A stretch of DNA of 64,000 nucleotides from Octopus vulgaris (taxonomy: Eukaryota). Under the pieces are notes generated by a model. It did no database searches and was not told the origin of the DNA. It saw only the letters and a list, made by a program, of their open reading frames with translations. Below, piece by piece: positions 1 through 13,981 of this stretch (positions within the stretch are counted from its first letter, which is position 1; every line of letters starts with the position of its first letter). The position numbers and the translations under genes were made by a program. Where the stretch lies: contig OX597814.1 of assembly GCA_951406725.2 (NCBI GenBank), positions 92,690,001 to 92,754,000 of the forward strand, given 5' to 3'.

Positions 1-43
1 GACGATATTTTCTTTTTGGTCGACACAAAATTTTCAATTTACT

Positions 44-345
44 GGAGTCCGTTGCTCTACTCTTAGCGACGTATAACTGCCGTGTGTAAACATCGGAGTG
101 GGTGAAAATACACTTACACGATCTATAGTTTGGCCTTGTGCCTTGTTTGCTGTGAACCTTTAGGGTTGCAAAAAGTCAAACTAAGACTTACCTCTCACTG
201 TTCTATGCGAATAATATCTGGATGTCCTGGTACCATGGGTTATTTTGATTGACAAAACTGTGACAACAGCCGCTTCGATTAGCCATTTCGAATCCTACTC
301 GAGACTAACAGACTTCAATAAACACTAAATAATCACACACTTTTT
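44..345 (+). repeat. Dispersed repeat, related copy at 8519-8960
   Basis: GGAGTCC(G/A)TTGCTCTACTC...GCCTTGTTTGCTGTGAA (~115 bp) and CACTAAATAATCA recur near 8519-8632 and 8823. Confidence 0.65.
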
Positions 346-3060
346 CCATTTTATCTTCGCTGTTAACCGTCCTCGCGACCCCATTCGTATCTGCGATGGG
401 GCCACGAACTATACAATGAAAATCCAGAGTTACTCGTGGTCGGTGATTTTTTTTATAAAAATGCGAAGGTGGTTTATCAATTCAAGAATCGATATCCACG
501 AAATAATCATACTTTCTGAGTTTTTAATGCTAAAAGTTCACGAATACATGAAAATCGAAAATTCGAAAACGAAAGTTTACGATGCCCTCTAGGATTTTCT
601 TAAATGAATTGCAATTTTCGTATCAACTGCACCACATAAACTCGCAGAGATACGACTCAACCATAGAACGGTGAGTGTCACAGCGTCGTTTATTACTTCG
701 CTTTACAGAGGCCCGTGTAGGTACCATCGGTTGCGAGTAGGTACCATTTTCGAGTTAATAAACTCAATGCTGTGGTTCACGAGTGCTACACACGAGTACA
801 CAGGTTACAGAACAGCTTGGCTCGTTACTATGGAAACAGGTGTCTGTGGCGTTCGACTGGCAAAAATTACCCAAAATTTGCAAACTTTAAAAGATATTAA
901 CTGCTTATTTATTAATTTGTGGCGAATATGAATTTCATTTCCATAATTAGCATACAAAACTACATCAATGCACCAAATTTGTAATTAAATGGAACAAAAT
1001 CGAAGGAGTTTAAAAGCGAAAAGCAAACAGAAAAGATCCTAAATCTATTTATCTAGGCCACAACGAAATTTAAATATTGCACACGTTACAGGGTACAAGC
1101 TTAAAGAATTTATTTCACTTTAGCTTGAGTCGTGGAGAGTTGATAATGCTTATTGAAATATCGCATTTCATAATCAAATTTAACATCATGAACATCGTTG
1201 CGAAATAATATCACACTTTTCAAGCATTATCTTGATAGTGTAACAAAGGAGGTTTCTTCATGTGATGGAATATAATATATTTCTTACATAATTAGGAAAG
1301 GTGCTCATGCAGTGCAGTTATTGGAAACATCCAGATAGAACAGCGTAATATGACACGTAGAGAAAGTCTTTGTTAAAAGATCAACATTTGGGCTAATTTT
1401 TACATACATATTCAGGTACGATGGCATGTCTTCTTCTTCGATCATTCCAAGTTGAATATGCAGCTATGAAAACAGCTTTTCAATCAAATGAAGATACCAA
1501 TTTGGTAAATTCACGCCTACCGATTGGCAAACGTGAATTTATGTCTCTTCTTTTGATAACTCTTTTTAGACATTTCTTAAGACATTTAGGAAGTAGAACT
1601 CTTATATTGTCTCGCATAGTAGTCGGTAGTTACAGCCATTTCTACGGAAATTTTGTCTTAAATTACAATACTTAATTCTCCCTCGCCTCAGTCTCGTTTA
1701 CAAATTCTGTCTGATTAAATTACTATTTTCTCTCTGTGTCCTGAGAGAAAGCTGTATATTTTATTCCCGATCTGACTGAGAAAATACAGCTAGAAGCCTT
1801 GTATATACAATATGTTAATAATAGCAGCAATACAACGTTGTTTTCAATAAATGTACATACAAAATTATGTATAATATGTTTAATAAAAAATAGTCTCGCT
1901 GAGGAAAGAAATATCGCAAACAAGCGAACAGTGTGTTCGGTAGATAAGAATGAACGAATCGACCGTCATGGGTTTCGTGTTAATTCCATTTTTTATGACT
2001 TATCAAGGCCGTTCACATCAGCTTGCACCATCCGAAGTTTTAAAGAATAAATCATCTTATCAAAAATGTAAACAAGTAGCCATTTGTATAATGCTATTTA
2101 CATGGTAGGAGTCTGACGGACGAGATTGATTAGTGAAAGTACCAACAAAACGTCGTTATAAATAAACACGAATATTAGACCGTATACAATGTGTTCATTG
2201 AACAGATATTTAGTCTCCCGTTGTAAATATACTATCGATAAGCCACAGTGTTCTTGGTTGTTATGAGTTGAGGAATCAACTTGCAAACGTTGTGGCTTGT
2301 TCACATGTTTATTAAATATATGGCATTATTTTGGTTTTCGTCTATTTCACATTCCGTGTAGGTAGAATGCCAAAAAACACCTTATATATATATATATATT
2401 TCATTTCATTTCATTTCATTTGAGTTTGAGTCTATGCTCAGGCCAAGTCGAAGACTCCATATATACACACACACTGTGTTCCTTTGTTTTCAGCTATAGA
2501 AATTAAAATTTTGCCAAAATAAATAGATGGATAGAATAAACAAATGAAAAACCAACCTTTTGTTTTTTGTTTTGTCTTTGTGTTTGGTTTTTTTTTGTTT
2601 TTTTTTTGTTTTTTTCTAACTTTTCGTAAAAACTTTTAGAGATTACATGTTTAGAAATACGGAGATCACAATTGCGATAATAAATAAATAAATAAATACA
2701 TAAATAAATAAATAAATAAATGAATAAATAAATAAATAAATGACTTTTTTTTTTTTCAAAATTTCAATATCAATTGCTTGCGGTAATTTCTGATTGCTGT
2801 TGTCGTTTAGCCACAAGCGGCCCTGGCAAAGTACGTTCAGACAGGTTGTGTATACTTTAGAGATTAGATTCTAGTATGCAATAAATCGTTAACTCTTCGC
2901 GATCTTAGTGGCTTCGGGTGGCTGTTTTTGTTTGTTTTTGTTTTCTTTTCTTTTTTTATATCAGACTGGTTTCTACCAATAACAGCTAGCTGGGTAATGT
3001 TTGTATTCTCAGTGAGCATTTGCTGGTAAAGGTCGATGTATGTATGTATGTATGTATGTA

Positions 3061-3573
3061 CCGTAAATCTTCGAGTATAATCCGCCCTTCAGTATAATAC
3101 GCAGGGAATTTTTAGGGGGTTGTACCTCTGAAAAACATAAACCTTGTGTATAATACGCAACCTTCTCTAACTTGAGTCAAGGAGGTCTATATAACGTCCT
3201 TGGTTTGTAAAAATGTATACGGTAACGTACTTTATTATTATTTTATATATAACAATAATGCAAACGTGTAGCTTTTTTGTGCATTTCGTTTGCAGAAAAT
3301 AAAGAAATAACAGTAATAACGTTTAATAAATGTTGCTTACTGCAAGTTATGGATGATTCTTTAATGACTTCATTGCTTTCAGGCTTAGCTTAAGGTATTT
3401 TCGCGCCCGACATCACAAAATGCGTCTGAATAAATATTGCCAGACAGCAAATAGGGACTCGGACATTACTTAGAAAATAATTTTCATTTTTAGCCTCGTA
3501 TATAGTACGCACTGGAGATTTTGACCTTTTTATTTTGCGGGGGAAAATGTGGATTATACTTGAGGATTTACGG
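3061..3573. mobile_element. Non-autonomous pogo/Tigger-type MITE
   Basis: TIRs CCGTAAATCTTCGAGTATAATCC / GGATTATACTTGAGGATTTACGG, flanked by TA on both sides; no ORF. Confidence 0.85.
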
Positions 3574-3914
3574 TATGTACATTCCTTCTTGGTTAAAGTT
3601 TTGACCGGAATGCCTGTTTGGAAACAAGATTGCAGAGAAATTAGGGGTTTCGTTCTTTCCATTATCATTTGATAGTCCCACAACTGTGTGAATCCATGTC
3701 CGGTAATTTCACCGTCATCAATTCACCGGGTTTTTTTCGGGGAGGTTTTTTCAATAAAATAGGTTTTAACTATTAATAGTGAGATACTATGGATATATTT
3801 TCTCGGTAAACTTTCCTCGCAGTGAACTTTCTTCATGGTAAAGCTTCTTCACAGTGAATTGATTGGGGTGAACTTACCTGTACTCATGTGAAACTTCGGT
3901 TTCACATAGCTTTG

Positions 3915-4470
3915 ATACTTAGACACTGTCTGGAGCCCTTGAGTCTCTGGACCTCCCTGTCCTGATCTATAATTGTGAGGCTTAGACACTGTCAAAGGCC
4001 CTTGGTCTCTGGGCCTCCCTGTCCTGCTCTATAGTTGTGAGGCTTGGACACTGTCAAGGGACCTTTAAAACTGCCTGAAATCCTTCGGTACTAGGATGCT
4101 TTGCGGGAGTATAGGTTACCAATAATCAGATTTTATATCCAACCAACGACTCTACTCAGATACTTGGATGCGTCTTATTCATTGTATGATTCGGGAGATC
4201 AGCCCAGACTGTTTGGCCATGTTACTCGATTTTCCCAGTTAAACCCTCCTACTTCATTCTCTTCACTAGGGATCCGGCTAGGTTGACGGCTCGTGTTGAT
4301 CGACCACATGTCACATGGTCACGGCAGATGAGGAGGTATCTTGTAGAGATGGGAACTGATTGGGCCCCTGTTCAATGGGTCACCTGGGAGAACCCAGGAA
4401 TATACCAACAAATGGTGAATGCAGCAAAGCACTGCAACGGCGTATACCCCCACATCTAATCCGACCCAAT
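3915..4470 (+). mobile_element. Decayed RTE-like LINE 3' fragment with a ~65-bp tandem duplication at its 5' end
   Basis: Translates to LPVLLYSCEAWTL...RLFGHVTR...RPHVTWSRQ, motifs of the RTE ORF C-terminus, with stops and frameshifts. Confidence 0.7.
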
Positions 4471-6534
4471 CTGAAGAGGATTTCGATGTGTTTGTTGGGA
4501 GGGACACATAAGTGAGTTGTTAAGAGTGTTGTTCAAAGGAATAACAAATTCCACGATGGGTGAACAGAGGAAATTCTTTCACAGTTGACAATGTTTTCAG
4601 TTTGGACTTTGCATTGTTCATTATTGTCAATTAAATGAATCTGTCTTATGTAAAGAAGACACTTGATATGGATTTCTTGTTCCTTAGGAGATGTTTATAA
4701 ATCCTTTAGTACTCCATGCTTAGGGTTTTAGTATCGCTTATTCCCTCTAAGGTATGTGTGTCTCTTTTTAAGTCTCTATAAACTAACGTTTCAGTGACCT
4801 AGTCTTCTTTTGTTTGTTTGTTAGGTTATTTTTTGCATTAAGTAGGATTTTATTTCATGGCTCTCTTCAAGTTCATTAACTATCATAATAATGTTTCAAT
4901 TTTTGCCCTTACAGACTTAAACGAAATAGTCATTGAGATTTTTTTTTCTTTGCTCTTTGCAGAAGATATTGCTTCAGTATTACAAGCCTATAATAATATA
5001 AATTTAAGACCGCAACTGCCGTCAATGCGTTGTAAACACTATAATTGGTGTACATACAGTTTAATGTTAAAATTCCAGACAACGAAGAGTAGTTTCCGTG
5101 TTATCACATCCATCTTATTAATTTCTTGTAGTGACGAATCCAGAACGTTAGAGAAGATAAGCAACTGTGTCTGACTTTCTGCAAAAGTTTTATGACCAAA
5201 AATCTTCTAGGAAATTTCCGAGTGCTAATGAATATATTTTCTACACTCTTTCGAGTTAATCATTTCTTCCCTATTCCCTGTTTAAGAATCTATCATATCA
5301 AATTTTTCCAAAGTACTAATTATTTTCACCAGAATGTAAAGAATGTACATATTGTCAAGCGGTTCATTTGCCAAAACGTACATTGGGACGCATTCAATTT
5401 CATATGTATGTAAAGAGAAATGATGTAAAAATATGAAAAAGTATATCCGCAGTAATTAAAAGCTCGAATAAATAACGCATATTTAAACATCAATGCGTAT
5501 TATAATGCAGTATGGATTATATATGGAAATTGAATCAGAGACTGAAAATGCACCTAGGTCTTAAAACGAATTTTAGGGGTTTTTAATTGCCATTCCAGTC
5601 TTAACATAGAGATTTTTTTTGTGTGTAGATGTGAGCGTTTTTTGTTTTTTTTTAGTAAATAAATAATAAAAAAGTTAAGATGAAAGCTTTAGAGAAAGAG
5701 AATTCACAAGAAAAGTTTGCATGGCAATAAAACGCTCATAAATTAATCGTTCAATAGATTTCTAAGCAAAATTATATGATGAAAATTAAAATGTTCAAAA
5801 AGTTTCACAGCCATAAGAAATGATGGAAGTTCAAATGTTCGATAAATTTTATTGCATCATGATAATAATTTGAAAGTTCAATAAGTTTTATAGCAATAAA
5901 ATACATTAGCAATTAGACGGGATGAAGATTTTAAAGTATACGAAAAAGAAACTTTTACATGCTCTTTTGTGTTGTGCGAAACAGAATTGTTAATCGTTTG
6001 TTAAACTAGTTTGAATGTGCTGACGTTGCCTTATATGTGTGAGCTTTAAGACATAGATTCAAATCCTGATTGGTTACTTAGTCAAAAACGTCACTTGTTT
6101 AGTCACAGGCAATACTTGACTGTCACAAGAAATCGAAATGTTGTTGCTTAGATCCAGATAAATCCAGATTGGGAAGATCTTTAATTGAATATAACCCAGT
6201 TATCACCATTCTGTCTTCTTTTTCTAAATGTTATGTGCCATGGACTACGCTATCCAACGTGCTCTTCTGTTTTTAAAGATTTGGCTGCCATTTGTCGAGC
6301 GGTGACATAAAAGCTTTCACATTAACTCATGAGTAGTTGTTGTTATGATTACTACTACTTAGCCCTAAGTTTTCCTTAACTGAACAGACCTATGATCAAC
6401 AACATTCCAGTCCTGACCATCCTGTTTTATTTTCTGGCATAGTGTATCTGGAAATACGTTATGCAATAAGTTAAGGACAACAATATAAGACGAGAGAAAA
6501 TTAAAATTTGTAAGAAATTCGGATTATTTATAAC

Positions 6535-6799
6535 TGTGGTTCTTTACCGGAGTCCATACGGCCTTTAGATGTCCATATAAGATTTTGTTGTTAAAAATTA
6601 TCTGCAATAAATTGTTCATAGTTATACAATACACAAAATATTAAAAAAAAATTTATACAATTCCTTATGATATTTAATTATAAATATATAATAGGATTAA
6701 TTATTTTATATATATATATATCGTGTGGATATGGAGGTCCAGTAGAGTAAAATAGGAATCAAAGGGGTCCATAGGAAGAAAAATGGTTGAGAACCAGTG
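6535..6799. mobile_element. hAT-type MITE, related to 30346-30685
   Basis: Ends TGTGGTTCT...TGGTTGAGAACCAGTG; internal GGGGTCCATA motifs shared with the 30.3-kb copy. Confidence 0.55.
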
Positions 6800-8518
6800 A
6801 TTTATAAGAAACAGAAGTAAACATAGAAATAAATAAAAACATAACCAGCCAAACTAAGTAAGTCTAAATATTTCTATTAATAATAGATTGAATATTAATT
6901 GAAGTAAAAGAAAAAAAGGAAAAAGTAAAAGAAACTTATGGCATAGTTTATAGTAGTGTTTCTCATGCGCTAGGGGTGTAAGAATTGAAAGGGACTAGCA
7001 CCGCAGCTCGGATAGGGCTGTCTTTCCTTGGCGAAGTTTTTGTACCTGCTGTATAAGTTTGTATAGGAAGTGGGGTGGAAACTCAATGGCTGCTCCGGCC
7101 AGCACAAATTCTAATTACACCACTGAAAGGGGGGGATCAAATTATTATGTTTAATAAAATTAGATGGTTTTAAACTTTTTTAAACTGGCCCCTGATCATG
7201 GCGAAAAATACACGAATTATATGAATGTAAACTCCGGTTTGTCTTCCCATTAATAAAGTTGCGATGGTAGGCAAAAAATACTAGTAAGTATTTCGGGTGG
7301 GGCCTAGTATTTAGAGTACACTAGCCTCAATCTGATATAGACAGGCTGTATTTACCAGGCATCCAAGGAAGAGAAGATACAATCATACAAATAAAGAGTC
7401 GCTATTAAATATATTTTGATAGAACTTATAGGCACCACCTAATATAAAATAAGAAATAAAGATAAATTCTTCAAATTAATTGGGGTGTGCGGTAAAAGTG
7501 GATAGTAAAAAACTATTTTCTATAGATAAGGAGGCAATTATGTACAGTACACAGGATAAGAAAACCACACCAGCTGACAAAGCAAGGGGAAAAATACGGA
7601 TTAAAACAAAGACTTGTAGATATATTTATAAAGAGGTGGAAACATAAGCCCCCTTTACGGTCAGTATCTCGCAAAACATGACAGAAGTGTGGTAAATATC
7701 AAAAGAATTCAAAAATAGCATGTCAGTACTGATATAAAAACTGGAACAAAAGGTTTCACATGGTTATGAAGTTCGCTTGGCAATGACATAGTTCTGGGTT
7801 CAATCCCATTGCGTGTCCTGGTTCTGAGTTCAATCCATTAGGCAGGTGTCCTCTACCATAGCGTCGGTTCAGTCTAAGCCTTCTGAGAGAAAATCAATAA
7901 GCAAAATATTCGATGTTTTTTTTTTTTTTGTTCTTCAGTCCAGCACTGTGTTTCTCATAGGATGAGGAACTCTAAGAAGATTGAAAAAGAGGAGGACAAA
8001 TTGCTGTGTTTAATATATTAAGATGGTTTTAAATTTATCCAACAACATAGCGAAGAAATAGGTATTATATGGATGCAAATTCTGTTTTACCTTTTCGTCA
8101 ATAAGGGCGTTTGGGCAAAATGTTTCAGATATCTAGGGATAGATTTGTATATGTAAGTTTAAGAACTTCTCGTTTAAAACCACTACCCAACACTTGAGTG
8201 TCTTAAGCATCCACACTGATACAAGATTTTGGACGAAGTCTCCAATGAAAAAATAATTCTATATTTTGATACTCTTATTCCTATTGCAGTTACCCATATG
8301 CGAGATGCGGTTTATTCTTCCTTTGACCCCCACCAGCTTAGGAAACTCTGCTAAAAGAATTATAAATTCTGTTTTCCTTCTGTGACTAAACCATAAAAAA
8401 ACGCTTACCGACCAGAAATTATCTGAAAAGTATCATAAACTAAGAGCAAATTATGCAGTAATCACCAGTAAACAATTGACCACATAGTCTTAAAAAGTTT
8501 AAATATTCACTCCAGTAG

Positions 8519-8963
8519 GAGTCCATTGCTCTACTCATAGCGACGTATAACTAGCCGTGTGTAAACGTCGGAGAGGGTAGAGAAATACACCTACATGATC
8601 TAAAGTCTGGCTCTGTGCCTTGTTTGCTGTGAATACGCGAGCGGAATCTTTAGGAATTTGCCCGTCTACGATGGGAAATAAAGGGACAGTATCGCAAATT
8701 TAAACCCTCTAAATTCACGAACTATACGGGTGGTGGTGATGGAGGATCCAGACTTAATCCTCGTTGCCGGAATTTTAACAAGAAAAAAATCAAAGGTGAT
8801 TTATTGATACAAACTCAATATCCACTAAATAATCATACTTTTTCACATGTTTTCCTGATTACTGCCTTCGTAATCCCGAAAGACATCGTAACCATTGGTT
8901 CAGCCGTTTGACTGTGAAGAGGAAACAGACAGACAGATGGACATAACGCCCATTATAGTAAGA
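8519..8963 (+). repeat. Dispersed repeat, possibly Helitron/Helentron-derived
   Basis: Homologous to 44-345; ends ACAGACAGACAGATGGACATAACGCCCATTATAGTAAGAT. Confidence 0.5.
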
Positions 8964-8974
8964 TTTTTTTTTCC

Positions 8975-9417
8975 TTCTTTCTTCAAATTTTCTTCCGTTT
9001 CTCGCCGAGTATTTTCCGTACACCTTGGGCAGAGAAGCTCATTGTATGCATTCTCAGATTACACACGCAAATTCACAGGTAAAATATGTATTTAAAAAAT
9101 TAATAAATAAATAAATAAATTCATGAATGGATGTTATTTTCACAGCGATAAAGCTCTTCTCAGTACATAGACCGTTCCAGTTAACACGATTTTTTGCACT
9201 TCCTGTAGGGATGGTAAGCCTGGTATCATTTTCAAATAGGTTTCAGTACCTTTTTTTGGCCTTGAGATGCCACATTTTTTCAATTTCTATTAGCAAGTCT
9301 TTATATTTACTGATCTTGTCAAATTCTTTCGCCGCTATATTGTGATCGCAAGGAATACTCATGTCAATTAATAAACACAGCTTTTTACCTGATCTTTTAT
9401 AATAATATCCAGTTTAT
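8975..9417 (-). mobile_element. 3' remnant of a restriction-endonuclease-type (R4/Dong-like) non-LTR element
   Basis: Minus strand reads NKLDIIIKDQVKSCVLLIDMSIPCDHNIAAKEFDKISKYKDLLIEIEKMWHL, a degenerate PD..D..K..KY REL endonuclease region. Confidence 0.7.
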
Positions 9418-9426
9418 TTATTATTA

Positions 9427-9489
<63 letters not shown>

Positions 9490-10235
9490 GTTTGTCCGTG
9501 ATTGTCAACGATGACCAAGGTCAGCACGTAAAAGAAGATGGATCGCGATGTGTCCAGCTGTGGTCGATAAATGCAGTTCGGTGCGTGGTTAGACGGCTTT
9601 GTCGTTGAACGAGTAGTAGTGGTCTACTAAGCCTGAAGGCAAGGATCTGACTGTGAAGTTATGCAGTTCACATTTCCTTTGTGCTTCTGCAATCCTGTTT
9701 TCGTAGGAGATGGCAGCTCTGTTGGTGCAGCTTCGCCAGGCAGGGCGATCCTGTGCTTGTATTTCCCAGGAATCGGGGTTGATTTCAAAGCAATTCAATG
9801 AGGCTTTGAGAAGATCATTGAATCGCCTTTTTTGTCCACCTGGTGTGCTCTTACCTTCCGCAGGTTCATTGTAAAACAGTCTTTTGGAGAGTCGTGTGTC
9901 AGGCATTCGAGAAAGATGGCCTGCCCACCCGACTTGCGCTCTCCTTAGCAGTGTGTAAATGTTTGGCAGATCAGCTCGAGAAAGAACCTGTGTTTCTAGG
10001 ACCTTGTCTTGCCAGATGATTTTCAACACCTTCCTCAGGAACTTCATGTGGAAACGTTTAAGCTTTTTCGCGTGGCGTTCGTAAACTGCCCTAGTCTCGC
10101 AGGCATACAGTAGTGTAGGCAGTACAACTCCCTGGTACACCTTCAACTCGGTGGCCAGACTAATGTCACTCCTCTCCCACACTGATTCACGTAGCCGCCC
10201 TGATGCTGAGCTTCCCTTTGCGATGCGTGTCCTAT
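9418..10235 (-). mobile_element. 5'-truncated RTE/BovB-like LINE with (TAA)n tail
   Basis: ORF 9589-10284: RIAKGSSASGRL...VYQGVVLPTLLYACET...WAGHLSRMPDTRLSKRLFY...AQDRPAWR; (TTA)n at 9418-9489. Confidence 0.9.
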
Positions 10236-10386
10236 GAAGAGCCACTCTAATGTTTAAAACAACAGATATTACGATAATTTTCACTTCGAATTTTTTTTAA
10301 ACTGGCGTTGCAAGCAGAAACGTTACAGAAACAATTGTAACTGATCAGTAAAGACGTGTTAAAGTATTTCTTTGTCTTATTAGTTG

Positions 10387-10421
<35 letters not shown>

Positions 10422-10426
<5 letters not shown>

Positions 10427-11697
10427 GGCAGGATTCGTGACAGACGAACTGAAGGCAGAAACTTCGCTGCGGACTAGCTAGGAAGTTTGTCAGCAGTAAA
10501 ACAAAAGGGACTTTCGGTAGGAGAAGGAAAACAAGAATGTCAACAGTGAGTGTGAAACGAATCTGAGTGAACTAGACAGAAATAACTGACGACTTAAGCC
10601 CTGAACCTTTGATAAATGTATTCTCGTCTCCACCAGTTTGTTTGTGTATAGCTTAACAAAGCTATAACTGGTGACCCCGACGATAGAACAACAGCTCCCC
10701 CTACCGAAACAAACATGACTAGCAACAAAACAACACTGAGGCTACCACAATTCTGGTCAAAGAGGGCTGAACAGTGGTTCGCGCAGGCAAGAGCCCAATT
10801 CTATATAAACAAGGTAACGGTTAATCAAACGACGTACTCGCACGTTGTGGCGGCACTAGACGAAGACAAGGCAACGAGGGTGCTGGACATTTTAATCCAT
10901 CCCCCACCAACGAAAAGATACGCCATATTGAAAGATAGGCTAATGGATACATTCCGACGCAGTGAAAGAGAAGCGGCAGCCAAGATACTAGAGGAAGAAT
11001 TAGGCGATTCCAAACCTTCGGAACTGATGGAGATGTTTCATTAGTCCCTCCACTCCACTGGTGAGTCATTTTCCTTTTTGCTTAAAGAAATATTCCTCTA
11101 CCTGACGCAAGAAAGTTTTCGACATCATTCACGGACTTTCCCACCCAGGTACTAAAGCCACACGGCGGCTACTGTGAAGCAAATTTATCTGGCACGGTAT
11201 GGCCAAGCAAATCGGGGGCTGGACCAGGTCCTGCAGCGCCTGTCAACAAGCCAAGGTCCATCAACACACCAAAGCACCCATCGGCAACTATGAACCACCT
11301 CAGGCCCAATTCAGACATATCAAGATCGACCTTGACGAGGGTTGCTCGTATCTATTAACCTTGGTAGATCGCTACACCCGTTGGCCTGAAGCTATCCCTC
11401 TCCGCAGCACGGAAACGCAAGAAGTCGGCCGAGCCTTCATCGCAGACTGGGTCGCCCGTTTCAGTGTCCCAGATAGCATCTCATCCAATCGGGGTCCACA
11501 ATTCACCTCAAGCTATGGAATAACATGTGTGATCTTTTCGGAATCACAATGAACCTCACAACAGCCTACCACCCACAGGCCAACGGATTAGTGGAGAGAT
11601 TTCACCGCCGCCTGAAGGAATCCCTGACAACCAGACTTAACGGGCCAAATAGGATTGACCAACTCCCATGGGTGATGCTCCACTAAGGAGGGAGCTG
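10422..11697 (+). mobile_element. Internally deleted Gypsy/Ty3 LTR retrotransposon (5' LTR, PBS, gag and integrase remnants)
   Basis: gag-like ORF 10715-11044 (LPQFWSKRAEQWFAQARAQF); integrase remnant 11100-11680 (H..HP...C..CQ, DRYTRWPEAIP, TTAYHPQANGLVERFHRRLK); protease/RT absent; no 3' LTR seen. Confidence 0.88.
10669..10682 (+). promoter_or_regulatory. Primer-binding site, tRNA-Trp type
   Basis: TGGTGACCCCGACG is complementary to the 3' end of eukaryotic tRNA-Trp; lies just upstream of gag. Confidence 0.8.
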
Positions 11698-11930
11698 ATT
11701 TCCAACAAACACACAAAGATCCGCCTTTGAGATGTAGTTAACACATTGGTAACTTGAGAAAAGTCTTACATATTTTTACTGTTCCACTCACAGATTACAC
11801 TATGTATGTAGGTATGTATGTATGTATGTAGTAAATCCAAAAAAAAAGAACAACAAACAAAAAAAACAACAATGCGAGGAAGTGGAACATTTAAAGTATT
11901 AGCAGACGCTCAGGGTAGGAACGAAAGATG

Positions 11931-11965
11931 GTTTAACGTTTCGAGCAACGCTCTTCTTCAGAAAC
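11931..11965 (-). ncRNA. Minimal type-I hammerhead ribozyme motif within a Penelope-like repeat (~11835-12030)
   Basis: Minus strand: GUUU CUGAAGA A GAGC-GUU-GCUC GAAA CG UU AAAC; stem III is palindromic with no loop. Confidence 0.65.
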
Positions 11966-12097
11966 AGAAGAAAGTCCAATAGAAAGGAAGACGGAGGAAG
12001 AAAATCGCCAACGGTTCACATGTGGTTACATTATGTATGTATTTATGCATGAATACATACATACATACATACAAACATACATACATACATACATACA

Positions 12098-12128
<31 letters not shown>

Positions 12129-12149
12129 GTATATGCATTTGCATTTACG

Positions 12150-12410
12150 CGTGTGTACGTGTGTGTCGTGAGTTGGTTTGACATCGTGAGATAGTTGTAA
12201 ACAAGTGTTATTATCATACAATGGAGTAATTCAATTCGAGTCTGCCGTGAAAACATTTTCCTGGACATGAGGAAATATTACCTTACTCAGAAACAGGTTA
12301 AGGCTGGCAACATGAAAGGCATTCAGTCGTAGAATATCTGGGTCGACAAATTCCGTCCAATCCATGCAAGCTTTTAAAAGTAGACGTTAAAACGACAACG
12401 ACGATGATTA
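12150..12410 (+). mobile_element. SINE-like repeat with RTE-derived 3' tail
   Basis: Ends CCGTCCAATCCATGCAAGC...GACGTTAAAACGAC..GATGAT, like the RTE 3' end at 62020-62078. Confidence 0.55.
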
Positions 12411-13376
12411 TTATTCTAAATGTCTCCAACCCGTTTCCACCGTGGTCGACTTTGCCTTTCATCCTTTCGGAGTCGATTAAATAAGTACCAGTTACGCACT
12501 GGAGTCGATGTAATCGACTTAATCCCTTTGTCTGTCCTTGTTTGTCCCCTCTGTATTTAGCCCCTTGTGGATAGTAAAGCAAACAAAAATGTCTCCAACC
12601 CTTTCCTCAGCAGTCTGTTGATTATCTTCCCCTTTTTTTCCCCCCTCTATCCCCATAGCGATCTTTCTCTCACTCTGCCCTCTCTCTGTCAGCCAATATG
12701 TAGCACTCAGTAATACACAACCAAAATAACTGATAAAAAGAATAACACAGAAGAACAAAGGCTTAACACAAAAGCTATTATTTAAATATAAAAGAGGATG
12801 TAAAGAAAATAATTTTAAAAAGAAAAACTAGAAAGCATCAGTAGCCAGAAAGAAACAAACAGTACAACAAAAGGAAGAGGTCATATTACAATTTGTAAAA
12901 AAAAAAAAAAGGGAAAATGAAAATAATACCATAAAATTTAATTAACCTGTCCAGTAGCTAAAAGGTTGTATACGTTATGAAGGGAGAAGGATGTCATAGT
13001 GGTTAAAAGTAAGGAGGTTCTAGATATCAAAATAAGCTAATCTGTAAGACAAAATATAAACCAGACAGATGTTGTAGTTGTTGCTGTTGTTGTTGTCGTC
13101 GTGTCAGGTCAGCCCAGATCAAGTAGACCTATGATCAAAGGTGTTCCAGCTATGACCTCAACCTGACTTCAGTCTTTTTATTGATTTTTATTTTTTTATA
13201 TATTTATTAGTTTGTTTTTTAGATAATATATGTAAAAAAAACATTACCAAGCATGTACTTCCGGTGAAGGGCGGAGGATGGAGGTGGAGGTTAAGATAGT
13301 ACGATGTGATGGGGGAGAGCTTTCGTTGATATTTTTAGCAGGTCAAGTAGCCATGTAAAATCAGGGTTGCCAAAAA

Positions 13377-13600
13377 TCTATATATATATAAAGCTGAAGT
13401 TGTCTGTGTATGGCAGGTTTGGTAGCCTTCAACTAACACTATCTCCTCCGAGACCCTGCGGCGCAAGTTGACCAAAATTGAGAGTATGATAGAAGAAGGC
13501 TTGCTCTCCCTTCCGTAGAAGAAAAAATTCAAATCGGCCCATGTTAACACCAAAAATTATTTACATCAAAAAGGTGCTTTTTTTTTTCTATGAAAGTTCC
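13377..13600 (+). mobile_element. Helitron-like 5' fragment just inside the hAT TIR
   Basis: Begins A|TCTATATATATATAAAGCTG, typical of non-autonomous Helitron 5' ends; no 3' end seen. Confidence 0.45.
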
Positions 13601-13981
13601 TATCAATTCCGTACAAGTCCACATCATCTTCATTCACTCCTTCAATGGTGATAGACACATTTTCTTCCTTTTTGAAGTTAAATCTACTCGTATATCTACA
13701 ATAACAAAACCCATCCACGGCATCTCTAATAAGTATAGCGTTCGGCTCCCAAGAAATGCATGACGCTCCCTTTCTTGTAATTACTTGTTAGTGAACTTTG
13801 ACTTTGTGCAATTTACTTGGGAAAATATGCACTCCACGCATGCTGATGAATGAGGTAACGCCGTCAAATTAGTCATGAATTTTGACAGCCTCTCAAATTT
13901 AGTGTGGTCAAGCCAGTCTTTAAGATTGCGTATGGAATACCAGAATTCAGGGATGCTTTTTGAGGAAACAAGAATATCTTT

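Noticed and set aside
4940-5174. Two pyrimidine-rich AG acceptor-like sites and ORF 4857-5174
   Set aside because: No convincing donor, no recognisable homology; such sites are common in T-rich DNA.
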